Assembly: GCA_963704725.1 (NCBI GenBank)
Contig: OY969934.1
Span: 1,312,001-1,376,000, forward strand
Direction of reading: 5' to 3'
DNA length: 64,000 bases
Origin: an uncultured Actinomycetes bacterium
GTDB lineage: Bacteria > Actinomycetota > UBA4738 > HRBIN12
Shown piece by piece: positions 27,104 to 35,841 of the stretch (within the stretch, counting starts at the first letter, position 1; the number at the start of each line of letters is the position of its first letter). The notes beneath the pieces are model-generated. The model was not told the origin of the DNA. It ran no database searches and worked only from the letters and a program-made list of their open reading frames with translations. Position numbers and translations under genes: made by a program.

Positions 27104-28626
27104 GCCGGCACCGCCGACCTCGCGCCGGTCATGTACGACCCCAGCTCCTCGGGCGTGACGGTCGCCGGGTCGAGCCTCGCCACGAGCTGTCCGCGCAGGA
27201 TCACGAACAGCGTGTCGGACAGGCCGATCAGCTCCTCCAGGTCCGCGGAGACCAGCAGCAACGCCAGCCCCGCGGCTCGCGCCTGACGGATCTGCTCCCA
27301 CACGGCCGCCTGCGCCCCGACGTCGATCCCACGCGTGGGGTGGGCCGCGATCAGCATCTTGGGCAGCGCCACCATCTCGCGACCGACGATGAGCTTCTGT
27401 TGGTTGCCGCCGGACAGGGCGAGCGCCGAGGTGTCCGCTCCCGGCGTCGAGACGTTGAACTCGTGGATCACCTCGTCGGTCCGATCGTGCGCTCCGTGTC
27501 GATCGATCCACGGCCCGCGCGCGAAGGGTGTCTGGGTCTGATGGCCGAGCATCGTGTTCTCCCACAGCGGCGAGGCGAGCAGGAGGCCCCGGGCGTGGCG
27601 GTCCTCCGGGATGTAGCCGATGCCGGCCTCCCGCCGCTTCCGCGTCGGCCAGGCGGCCATGTCCACGCCGTCGAGCAGGATCGCGCCGGCGTCGGGGACG
27701 ACGAGGCCGAGGAGCGCGTCGATGAGCTCGGCCTGGCCGTTGCCCTCGACCCCGGCGATGCCGACGATCTCCCCGCGGTGGATCTGGAAGCTCACGTCCT
27801 TGAGCGCGGACCGCTCGCCGGCGCGAAGGGAGAGCGCGCGCACCTCGAGCACGGTCTGGTCCGTGACCGTCGATTCGCGCGTCTCGGGGGTGGGGAGCTC
27901 GCTCCCGACCATCAGCTCGGCCAGGTGGTGCGCGTCGACGTCCTCCGGCCGCACGGTCGCGACCGTGCGGCCCGCGCGGATCACCGTGATGACGTCGGCG
28001 ATCGCGAGCACCTCGTCGAGCTTGTGCGAGATGAAGATGATCGTGACGTTGCGGCTGGCCAGCTCGCGGAGGTTTCGGAAGAGCTCGTCGACCTCCTGCG
28101 GCACCAGGACGGCCGTGGGCTCGTCCAGGATCAGCGTGCGGGCGCCGCGATAGAGGACCTTCACGATCTCGACCCGCTGGCGTTCGCCGACGGCCAGGTC
28201 CTCGACCCGCTCGTCGGGGTCGAGCGGCATCCCGTAGGTGTCGGCCAGCTCCCGGATCCGGGAGCGAGCGCGATCGAAGTCCAGCATGCCCGCCCGGACC
28301 GGCTCCGATCCCAGCACGATGTTCTCCAGGACCGTGAGGTTCGACGCCAGCATGAAGTGCTGGTGCACCATGCCGATCCCCGCCGCGATCGCGTCCTTCG
28401 GCGAGCGGAAGTGCGTCGGGCTCCCGTCGATCGAGATGGTCCCGCGGTCCGGACGCTGCATCCCGTAGAGGATCTTCATCAGCGTCGACTTCCCGGCGCC
28501 GTTCTCGCCGACGATCGCGTGGATCTGGGCGGGCCGCACGACGAGCTCGATGTCGTCGTTGGCGACGACGCCGGGGAAGGTCTTGGAGATGCCCTTCAGT
28601 TCGATGGCTGGCGGTCGCTCCTGCAC
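27100..28626 (-). CDS. Nucleoside/sugar ABC ATPase with tandem NBDs
   Basis: GENGAGKST, LILDEPT, LSGGNQQK, PTRGID. Confidence 0.95.
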   Translation of the reverse strand: MQERPPAIELKGISKTFPGVVANDDIELVVRPAQIHAIVGENGAGKSTLMKILYGMQRPDRGTISIDGSPTHFRSPKDAIAAGIGMVHQHFMLASNLTVLENIVLGSEPVRAGMLDFDRARSRIRELADTYGMPLDPDERVEDLAVGERQRVEIVKVLYRGARTLILDEPTAVLVPQEVDELFRNLRELASRNVTIIFISHKLDEVLAIADVITVIRAGRTVATVRPEDVDAHHLAELMVGSELPTPETRESTVTDQTVLEVRALSLRAGERSALKDVSFQIHRGEIVGIAGVEGNGQAELIDALLGLVVPDAGAILLDGVDMAAWPTRKRREAGIGYIPEDRHARGLLLASPLWENTMLGHQTQTPFARGPWIDRHGAHDRTDEVIHEFNVSTPGADTSALALSGGNQQKLIVGREMVALPKMLIAAHPTRGIDVGAQAAVWEQIRQARAAGLALLLVSADLEELIGLSDTLFVILRGQLVARLDPATVTPEELGSYMTGARSAVPA

Positions 28627-28648
28627 CGGCTCCCCGCTCCGGACGCAC

Positions 28649-28687
28649 GGCGAGGGCCCGAGAGCGTTCCCGCCTCGGGCCCTCGCC
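28649..28687 (-). other. 14-bp intra-operon stem-loop after the binding-protein gene
   Basis: GGCGAGGGCCCGAG (28649-28662) pairs with CTCGGGCCCTCGCC (28674-28687). Confidence 0.65.
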
Positions 28688-28703
28688 TACGCTGCGTCGT
28701 CCT

Positions 28704-29855
28704 CTAGCTCGTCGGCACCACGATGGTTCCGTCGATGATCTGCTGCTTCAGATCGTCGAGCTGGGACGCGATGTCATCGACGAAGCCGCCGGACGTCGCG
28801 TATCCCACACCGTCGACCGACAGGTCGAAGACGTGGTAGCCGCCCGTGAAGGTGCCCTCGACCTGGCTCTGGATCGTGTTGTACACGGCCACGTCCACCC
28901 GCTTGAGCATGGACGTCAGCACGTAGGGCTGCAGCTCGGGCGGGACCGTCTGGTACTGGTCCGAGTCCACGCCGATGCCCCACACGTGCGTGCCGCTCGA
29001 GTCCTCGTACTCCTTGGCCGCCTGGAACATGCCGAGGCCCGAACCGCCGGCCGCCGCGTACACGACGTCGGCCCCGGACTCGAACATGCTCGTCGCGATC
29101 TCCTTGCCCTTGGCCGGGTCGTTGAACCCGCTGAAGTCCGGGGGCTGGGAGATGTACTTGATGTCGATCTCGATGTCGGGGTTGATCTGCGTGGCCCCCG
29201 CCACGAAGCCGGCCTCGAACTTGTGGATGAGGTCGATGTCGACGCCGCCGATGAACCCGACGTGCCCGGTGGTGGACTTGAGGGCCGCCGCCGCGCCGAC
29301 CAGGAACGATCCCTGCTCCTCGGCGAAGAGCAGCGACGCCACGTTGTCGCTGTCGGTCAGGTTGTGAGCCTTGGGACAGTTCGCCGTGTTCTCGTCGATG
29401 AACCCGTCGATGTCACCGAAGTTGACGTCCGGGTACTGGTTGCCCGCCGCGCAGACCGTCTCCGCGAACAGGAATCCGACGCCGATGACCAGCGACGCGC
29501 CCTGCGTCGAGAGCAGGCTGAGCAGCTCGGCGCGGTTCGTTCCGCCCTGGTTGGGCTCGAGCTCCTGCGGCGTGATGCCGAGGTCGGTCACCGCCTTGTC
29601 CAGACCCGCCGCGGCGGAGTCGTTGAACGACAGGTCACCGCGACCACCGATGTCGTACACGAGGCCGATCGTGATGCCTTCACCCGGGAGTGCGGCGGTC
29701 GTGCCGGTCGGACCCGTGGTACCGGTGGTTCCGGTCGTTGCGGTGGTCCCGCCCGTCGTGCCGCTGCTGCCGGTGTCGCCCCCGTCATTCGAGCATGCCG
29801 TCGCGACGACGGCGAGGACAGCCAGCACGGCGAACAGCCGCGTCCATTTGTTCAT
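28704..29855 (-). CDS. BMP-family (PnrA/TmpC-like) nucleoside-binding lipoprotein
   Basis: Lipobox VATAC, Thr/Gly linker, GGRGDLSFND, EEQGSFLVG, GIGVDSDQ, SMLKRVD. Confidence 0.93.
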   Translation of the reverse strand: MNKWTRLFAVLAVLAVVATACSNDGGDTGSSGTTGGTTATTGTTGTTGPTGTTAALPGEGITIGLVYDIGGRGDLSFNDSAAAGLDKAVTDLGITPQELEPNQGGTNRAELLSLLSTQGASLVIGVGFLFAETVCAAGNQYPDVNFGDIDGFIDENTANCPKAHNLTDSDNVASLLFAEEQGSFLVGAAAALKSTTGHVGFIGGVDIDLIHKFEAGFVAGATQINPDIEIDIKYISQPPDFSGFNDPAKGKEIATSMFESGADVVYAAAGGSGLGMFQAAKEYEDSSGTHVWGIGVDSDQYQTVPPELQPYVLTSMLKRVDVAVYNTIQSQVEGTFTGGYHVFDLSVDGVGYATSGGFVDDIASQLDDLKQQIIDGTIVVPTS

Positions 29856-29997
29856 GCCCCCTCCTTCCCCATTCAGGGTGCCCCCTCCTGGTACGTCCCC
29901 CGGCAGCCGAGTGGATGCCTCCTGGGATGCACCGGGGAGAATCTACTCGTTCGCTCCGAAGCCCGCTCGGCGCCGTACGGCCCGCGACCTCCGGGTC

Positions 29998-30615
29998 TCA
30001 CTCGGTGCCGAAGAGCCGGTCCCCGAAGTCGCCGAGGCCGGGCAGGATGTACCCGTGATCGTTCAGCTGACGATCCACGGCGGCCGTGTAGATCGGCACG
30101 TCGGGGTGATCGGCCTGCATCTTCTCGATCCCCTCGGGGGCGGAGACCACGCAGACGAACCGGATCGAGGCCGGCTCGCCGAGCTTCACGGCGGCGGTCG
30201 CGGCCGAGCCGGACCCGCCGGTCGCCAGCATCGGGTCGAGCACGAGCACGTGACGGCCCTTCACCGGGGGCAGCTTCCGGTAGTAGGACTGTGGCTGGAG
30301 CGAGGCCTCGTCGCGCTCGAGCCCGATGTACCCGACGGCCACCTCGGGAAGGAGCTCGGTCACGGCCTCGAGCATCCCGAGCCCTGCCCGCAGGATCGGG
30401 ACGGCCACGAGGTCTCCCAGCACCCGGCCGGTCGCCGGCTCGAGCGGCGTCGCCACGCCGATCTCCGAGGTCGGCAGGTCCCGGATGGCCTCGGCCGCGA
30501 GCACGAGGGCGAGGCGCTTGGCGAGGGTTCGGAACACCGGCGGTGGGGTTCGGGCGTCCCGGAGCTGGGTCAGCAGATGCGCCGCCAGCGCGTGGTCGAC
30601 GAGCGTGACCGACAT
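29998..30615 (-). CDS. upp: Uracil phosphoribosyltransferase
   Basis: VPILRAGLGM, LDPMLATGGS, YILPGLGDFGDRLFGT; TAGGAT 7 nt before ATG 30615. Confidence 0.96.
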   Translation of the reverse strand: MSVTLVDHALAAHLLTQLRDARTPPPVFRTLAKRLALVLAAEAIRDLPTSEIGVATPLEPATGRVLGDLVAVPILRAGLGMLEAVTELLPEVAVGYIGLERDEASLQPQSYYRKLPPVKGRHVLVLDPMLATGGSGSAATAAVKLGEPASIRFVCVVSAPEGIEKMQADHPDVPIYTAAVDRQLNDHGYILPGLGDFGDRLFGTE

Positions 30616-30662
30616 CGGGCGCATCCTAATGCGGCGCCGGGCGCCCCGCGTCCGGCCGGGGG

Positions 30663-30691
30663 TTGCCATGCGGAGCGCGTGCTGGCACGAT
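30663..30691 (+). promoter_or_regulatory. Sigma70-type promoter of the leader-peptide/aroF transcript
   Basis: TTGCCA (30663-30668) - 17 nt - CACGAT (30686-30691) with extended TGn. Confidence 0.65.
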
Positions 30692-30700
30692 GGCGCTTCG

Positions 30701-30754
30701 ATGCACGCGTACTTCGGCTTCGGGTCCTTCTACTTCGGGCGCCGCCCGGGGTAG
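30701..30754 (+). CDS. Phe/Tyr-rich attenuator leader peptide MHAYFGFGSFYFGRRPG
   Basis: 17 codons with 4 Phe and 2 Tyr directly upstream of DAHP synthase; 3' end complementary to the terminator 5' arm. Confidence 0.8.
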   Translation: MHAYFGFGSFYFGRRPG

Positions 30755-30778
30755 TCGCCTGAGGCGACCGATCAGACG

Positions 30779-30804
30779 ACCCCGGGCGAGGAGCCCGGGG
30801 TTTT
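30779..30804 (+). terminator. Attenuator terminator hairpin
   Basis: CCCCGGGC-gagga-GCCCGGGG followed by TTTT, 38 nt before the aroF ATG. Confidence 0.82.
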
Positions 30805-30842
30805 CCGTCTCCGGGGCGCGGGCCGGGAACGGAGGGATCCCC

Positions 30843-31874
30843 ATGGTCGTGGTGATGAAGCGGGAGGCCACCGAGGCCGACGTCGAGGCGATCGCCGAGC
30901 GCGTTCGGGCCTCCGGGGGCGAGGCGTTCGTGTCGCGCGGGACGGTGCACACGGTCATCGGGCTGGTCGGCGACACCGAAGCGTTCGAGGCGGTCGACTG
31001 GCAGCTCATGCCGGGCGTCGAACGGGTGATCCCGATCGGCAAGCCCTACAAGATGGTCGCGGCCGACCTGCACCCCCAGCCGACCACCGTGAACGTCGGG
31101 ACCACGCCGGTCGGGCGGAGCACCTTCACCATCATCGCCGGGCCCTGCGCCGTCGAGAGCGAGGAGCAGGCCCTGATCGCGACGAAGGCCGCGAAGGCCG
31201 CCGGCGCGACGATCCTTCGAGGCGACGTCTACAAGCCGAGGACGTCGCCCTATTCGTTCCAGGGGATGGGGGAGCGAGGGATCGAGATCCTGCGGGAGTG
31301 CCGGCGGCAGACGGGCCTGCCGATCGTCGTCGAGGTCGTCGACGCCTCGCACGTGGAGCAGGTGGCCGAGGTCGCGGACTGCATCCGCGTCGGGACGCGC
31401 AACGCCCAGAACTTCGAGCTGCTGAAGGAGGTCGGCCTCGTCCGCAAGCCGGTGATGCTGAAGCGCGGGCTCGCCATGACGATCGACGAGTGGCTGCAGG
31501 CGGCCGAGTACGTGGCCCAGCGGGGGAACTCCGACATCATCCTGTGCGAGCGGGGCATCCGGACGTTCGAGCCGTCGACGCGCAACACGCTGGACCTCGC
31601 GGGGATGGCCGTGGCGCAGGCCGAGTCCCACCTACCGGTGATCGTCGATCCCTCTCACGCGGTCGGGAAGCGACACCTCGTCGCGCCGATGGCGCGAGCC
31701 GCCGTGGCCGCCGGGGCCGACGCCGTGATGATCGACGTGCATCCCGACCCCGAGACCGCCTACTGCGACGGCCCCCAGGCGCTCACGCCCGACCAGATGC
31801 TCGATCTCGGCCGGGACCTCGAACGGCTGGCGGCGGCGATCGGCCGCACGCTCAACCGGCCCGACTCGAAGTAG
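30843..31874 (+). CDS. aroF: DAHP synthase type I-beta with N-terminal ferredoxin-like regulatory domain
   Basis: IAGPCAVES, KPRTSPYSFQG, GTRNAQNF, LCERGIRTFE, VDPSH, CDGPQ; GGAGG RBS. Confidence 0.95.
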   Translation: MVVVMKREATEADVEAIAERVRASGGEAFVSRGTVHTVIGLVGDTEAFEAVDWQLMPGVERVIPIGKPYKMVAADLHPQPTTVNVGTTPVGRSTFTIIAGPCAVESEEQALIATKAAKAAGATILRGDVYKPRTSPYSFQGMGERGIEILRECRRQTGLPIVVEVVDASHVEQVAEVADCIRVGTRNAQNFELLKEVGLVRKPVMLKRGLAMTIDEWLQAAEYVAQRGNSDIILCERGIRTFEPSTRNTLDLAGMAVAQAESHLPVIVDPSHAVGKRHLVAPMARAAVAAGADAVMIDVHPDPETAYCDGPQALTPDQMLDLGRDLERLAAAIGRTLNRPDSK

Positions 31875-31877
31875 AGC

Positions 31878-32651
31878 TCAGCCGACGAGCGGCGTCAGCT
31901 CGGCGATGTCGCACGTCCCGCGCCAACGCTTGAGGGAGTCCTCCGGCGGCCCGACGCGGCTCCGGCGGCGATCGACGAGGGCCTTGGCCGCGTCCTCCCA
32001 CTCCGGACCTTGCAGCAGGCGCACCGCGGCATGGTGCTCGTCGAGCGAGGTGTCCCGTCCCTTGCGGCGGGTGATCACCACCAGGTCGTTGGCGTTCGGC
32101 AGGCCCGGGATCGATTGCTCCTCGGGCCCCGGCTCGCGCTGCGAGAGCACGAGGACCTTGCCGTTCTTGTAGGCGAACCAAGCCGGCACGGTCCGGCGGA
32201 CCCCGTTCACGTCCACGCCCACCCAGATGACGTCCGACTTCCGGAAGCCATCCTCGACCTCCTTGGGCAGCTTCGTCGGCGGGGTCTGCACGTACACCGG
32301 GACCTCGATCTCGCCGACGATCTCGCCGTCGATCACGAACGACGCCAGGTACGCGCCGGTCTCGTCGAACGTCGCCTCCTCGACGCGATCGAGCTCGGTC
32401 GTGAGGTCCATGCTCCCGAGCATCCGGCGCACCACCGGACCCCAGCGGTGCACGAGCCGGCCCGAGGGTCCGTAGAACAGGACCTCCTCGGTCACCATGC
32501 CGGTGCCGATCTTCCAGGCCCGGTAGATCGTGAACGGGAGCGCCCGGCCCGGCGCGCCGAGCAGGTAGATGCCGGCGGGCCCGCGTTGTCCCTGGTCCGC
32601 CAAGACGCGGTCATCCACCACGTTCGCGAAGACGAGCTCGCCGACCGTCAT
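31878..32651 (-). CDS. Hypothetical two-domain protein; C-terminal part resembles a split-barrel (PNPOx-like) domain
   Basis: ORF with good GC-codon pattern; KSDVIWV..PAWFAY..GPEEQSIPGL; TATCCT 9 nt before ATG. Confidence 0.6.
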   Translation of the reverse strand: MTVGELVFANVVDDRVLADQGQRGPAGIYLLGAPGRALPFTIYRAWKIGTGMVTEEVLFYGPSGRLVHRWGPVVRRMLGSMDLTTELDRVEEATFDETGAYLASFVIDGEIVGEIEVPVYVQTPPTKLPKEVEDGFRKSDVIWVGVDVNGVRRTVPAWFAYKNGKVLVLSQREPGPEEQSIPGLPNANDLVVITRRKGRDTSLDEHHAAVRLLQGPEWEDAAKALVDRRRSRVGPPEDSLKRWRGTCDIAELTPLVG

Positions 32652-32706
32652 CGGAGCGGAAGGATAGCGAACGCCCCGAGCCGGAGCAGCGGCCGGGGTG
32701 GGCGGA

Positions 32707-33903
32707 TCACACGGTGCGCGCGAGCCACAGGCGCGGCTCGTCGAGCTCGGGCAGGGAGGGGAGGGCCTCCGGGCCCGACCACATCCGCGCCAGTGTCGCC
32801 TCGTCCGCGAGCTCGACGACGCGCTCGCAGAACGCCTTGCCCAGCCGGTACTGCTCGCGCTTGACCTCGATGCCGAGGAGGCGCTCCAGGACGGGGTCGA
32901 CGTGCTCCGTCTCGCGGTAGCGGCGCATGGCCTCATCGATCTTCGTGTACGAGGCGAGCATCCTGGCTCCGAGGGCGTGCATCACGTGGTCGCCATAGCC
33001 CTCCGCGGCACTCATGAAGGCCTGGATCCGTCCGAGCTTCAGTCGCTGCTCGTCGTCCAGGACCGCGCCGAACAGCCCCTCGTCCGACCCCAGCATCTCC
33101 TGCATCGCCTCGGGGTTGGAGGGATCGAGCGTCTCGAGACGCCGACGGAGTGACTCGACGTCGAGCTGCAGCGTCGACGTGTAGTCCTCGAGCAGATCCC
33201 GGAACCGGGCGAGCGCCCACGGCCGGGCGAACTCGAGCCGGTGTGTGACCTCGTGGATCGCGATCCACGTCCGGAACTCCTTCGGATCGAGGCTCCAGTC
33301 CCGCTCGAAGGCCGCGATGTTCGGAACGACGAAGAGCAGGGCGCCCGCGCCGCCCGGCCGCGGCATCGGGATGTCGTACTGCCCCAGCACCTGCTGGGCG
33401 AGCGCGCCGAGCACCGTCCCGACCTGAGCCCCGAGCAACAGCGGCGAGAGCTGCGCGAGGAGCTGGGTCATGCCCGGCGCCTGGGCGGCCTCGGGCACCG
33501 CGTCGCCCTGGGCCCGGCCCACCGCCTCGGCGATCTTGGCCGCGGCCGGCTCCAGGACCGCCCGTAGCCCCTCGAGGTTCTGCTGCACCCACTGCGCCCT
33601 TCGCACGGCCTCGACCTTCGGCAGGTCTCCGGGAGGCTCGAGCCCGGTGAACCCGGCCACCTGGATCTCGGCCAGTCGGACGGACTCCTCGAACCCGCGC
33701 TGGTCCTCGGCGCTCGGCGCCGGGTCGCCCGCGCCCCACGACGACGAGGCGATGCCGACCTGCCTGGCCAGCTCCCAGTTCACGGGCCCGCTCGAGGACA
33801 GCAGCACCCGCTGGATCTCGCGGAACAGCGGCACGTCGTTCCAGATGTCGCCGAGCGGCACGCCGAACGGATTCTCCTCGGGTCGCTGGGGCGTCTCGCT
33901 CAT
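32707..33903 (-). CDS. Zincin-like metallopeptidase (DUF2342/Zincin_2)
   Basis: GPVNWELAR, LGQYD, HEVTH zinc motif, EGYGDHV, QYRLGKAF. Confidence 0.9.
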   Translation of the reverse strand: MSETPQRPEENPFGVPLGDIWNDVPLFREIQRVLLSSSGPVNWELARQVGIASSSWGAGDPAPSAEDQRGFEESVRLAEIQVAGFTGLEPPGDLPKVEAVRRAQWVQQNLEGLRAVLEPAAAKIAEAVGRAQGDAVPEAAQAPGMTQLLAQLSPLLLGAQVGTVLGALAQQVLGQYDIPMPRPGGAGALLFVVPNIAAFERDWSLDPKEFRTWIAIHEVTHRLEFARPWALARFRDLLEDYTSTLQLDVESLRRRLETLDPSNPEAMQEMLGSDEGLFGAVLDDEQRLKLGRIQAFMSAAEGYGDHVMHALGARMLASYTKIDEAMRRYRETEHVDPVLERLLGIEVKREQYRLGKAFCERVVELADEATLARMWSGPEALPSLPELDEPRLWLARTV

Positions 33904-33990
33904 GCGGTCATCCTACGGCCGCACCCGCGCTGGGCCGTCCCGACTCGGAGGTCGTGTCGCTCGCGGCGGGGTCCTCCTACGATGGGCCGC

Positions 33991-34416
33991 GTGCGAGATG
34001 AGCTGCTGGTCCGGGTGACGACCGAGGAGATCGGCGCCGGCGAGCCCGTCGCGTTCGTCGCGGATCCCTCGGCGGGAGGGACGTGCGTCTTCCTCGGCAC
34101 CGTCCGGGATCGCTCCGGCGCCGGCGAGGTCACCGGGATCACGTACGAGGCCTGGGAGGAGCTCGCCCTGCGGCGGCTCGACGACCTCGGCGAGGAGCTG
34201 TTCGCCACGTGGCCGCTCCGCCGCGTGGCCTTGATCCATCGCCATGGCGAGCTCGCGATCGGCGACGTGAGCGTGGCGATCGCCGTCAGCGCCGAGCACC
34301 GCGCGGAGGCGTTCGAGGCCTGCCGGCACGCGATCGAGCGGCTGAAGCAGGACGTGCCGATCTGGAAGCAGGAGCACCTGGTGTCCGGGGAATCGAGCTG
34401 GGTGATGGGCTCGTGA
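33991..34416 (+). CDS. moaE: Molybdopterin synthase catalytic subunit
   Basis: FLGTVRD, YEAW, HRHGEL, HRAEAF, LKQDVPIWKQE; GTG 7 nt after TACGAT (ATG 33982 is an alternative). Confidence 0.92.
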   Translation: MRDELLVRVTTEEIGAGEPVAFVADPSAGGTCVFLGTVRDRSGAGEVTGITYEAWEELALRRLDDLGEELFATWPLRRVALIHRHGELAIGDVSVAIAVSAEHRAEAFEACRHAIERLKQDVPIWKQEHLVSGESSWVMGS

Positions 34417-34440
34417 GCCGACCGCCGGCGGGGGGCTGAC

Positions 34441-35448
34441 ATGGGGCGCGACCTGGCGATCGACCTGGGCACCGCCAACACCCTCGTGTACCGGCAGGGC
34501 GAGGGCATCGTCTTCAACGAGCCGACCGTCGTCGCCATGAACGCCGCGACCGGCAAGGTGGAGGCGATGGGGGACGAGGCGTGGCAGATGATCGGCGGCC
34601 GGTCGGGCAACGTCGTCGCGGTCCGGCCGCTCCGTCACGGCGTGATGACCGAGTTCGACATCACCCAGCGGATGATCGGCGTGGTCCTTCGCCGGGTCGG
34701 TGTCCCCCGGTTCCCGAGGCCGCGCGCGCTGGCGTGCATCTCGAGCGAGAGCTCGGAGGTCGAACGGCGAGCCGTCGAGGAGGCCGTCCGCTTCGCAGGT
34801 GGCCGCGGGGTGGTGCTGGTGGAGGAGCCGCTCGCCGCGGCGATCGGCGCTGGGCTGCCGATCCACGAGCCGGTCGGCAACCTGATCGTCGACGTCGGCG
34901 GCGGCACGACCGAGATGGCCGTCGTCTCGATGGGGGGCGTCGTCTCCGGAACCTCGATCCGCGTCGGCGGCTTCGACCTCGACGCCGCGATCCAGGAGCA
35001 CGTTCGAGCGGTGTACGGCGTGGCGATCGGCGAGAAGGCCGCGGAGGAGATCAAGATCGCGATCGGCTCGGCGTTCCCGGTGCAGCGCGGCCGGGCCGCG
35101 GTGGTGACCGGGCGCGAGCTCGCCTCCGGCGCCCCGACCAAGGCCCGCGTGACCGAGGACGAGATCCGCACCGCGATCTCAGAGCCCGTGCAGCGGATCG
35201 TGGACGCCGCCCGTAAGACGCTCGCCGAGGCGCCGCCCGAGCTCACCCACGACGTGCTGGAGACCGGCATGTTCCTGACGGGCGGCGGCGGGCTGCTCCG
35301 AGGCCTCGACCTCCTGCTGTCGCAGGAGTGCGAGGTGCCGGTCCACGTCACCGACCGGCCGCTCGAGACGGTCGTGCTCGGCGCCGGGGCGATGCTCGAG
35401 CACCTCGACGACTACCGGAGCTCGTTCCAGCTCACACGCCGCCGATAG
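34441..35448 (+). CDS. mreB: MreB/Mbl actin-like protein (stand-alone)
   Basis: DLGTANT, EPLAAAIGAGLPI, VDVGGGTTE, AEEIKI, LTGGGGLL. Confidence 0.9.
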   Translation: MGRDLAIDLGTANTLVYRQGEGIVFNEPTVVAMNAATGKVEAMGDEAWQMIGGRSGNVVAVRPLRHGVMTEFDITQRMIGVVLRRVGVPRFPRPRALACISSESSEVERRAVEEAVRFAGGRGVVLVEEPLAAAIGAGLPIHEPVGNLIVDVGGGTTEMAVVSMGGVVSGTSIRVGGFDLDAAIQEHVRAVYGVAIGEKAAEEIKIAIGSAFPVQRGRAAVVTGRELASGAPTKARVTEDEIRTAISEPVQRIVDAARKTLAEAPPELTHDVLETGMFLTGGGGLLRGLDLLLSQECEVPVHVTDRPLETVVLGAGAMLEHLDDYRSSFQLTRRR

Positions 35449-35773
35449 GGCCGGTCGGGAAGAAGTGCTCGATCGTCGAGTTCACGATGTGGCCGAGCTG
35501 GTAGATGCCGAACGCGAGCGCCACGGTCGCCACCACGATCAGGACCAGCAGGCCGACGAACCCCTGGATCCGGTCGCGCCAGGTCGGTCCGCGCACGAGG
35601 ACCCGCAGGTAGGCGTAGCCCGCCCCCGGGCCCTCGGGATCCCCGCCGTCCTCCTGCCCTCCGAGGCCCTCGAACCCCACGGCGGCGGGCCGGTCCTCGC
35701 TGGCCCGGAGCGTGGCGATGTAGACCCCGCCTCCGACGAGCAGCGACAGCGCGACGACGATCAGGTAGGCCAT
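35432..35773 (-). CDS. Hypothetical membrane protein
   Basis: 113 aa with two hydrophobic helices, fills the gap. Confidence 0.6.
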   Translation of the reverse strand: MAYLIVVALSLLVGGGVYIATLRASEDRPAAVGFEGLGGQEDGGDPEGPGAGYAYLRVLVRGPTWRDRIQGFVGLLVLIVVATVALAFGIYQLGHIVNSTIEHFFPTGPIGGV

Positions 35774-35841
35774 CGTGAGAACGACGGGAGCCTACCTCCA
35801 CCGGTTCCGTCGAGAGCGAAGCTCGCCCGTACTATCGCTCC

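Noticed and set aside
30668-30754. Longer leader peptide MRSACWHDGASMHAYF... that would add a Trp codon
   Set aside because: Its ATG overlaps the predicted -35 box and lies upstream of the likely TSS; only TSS mapping could rescue it.
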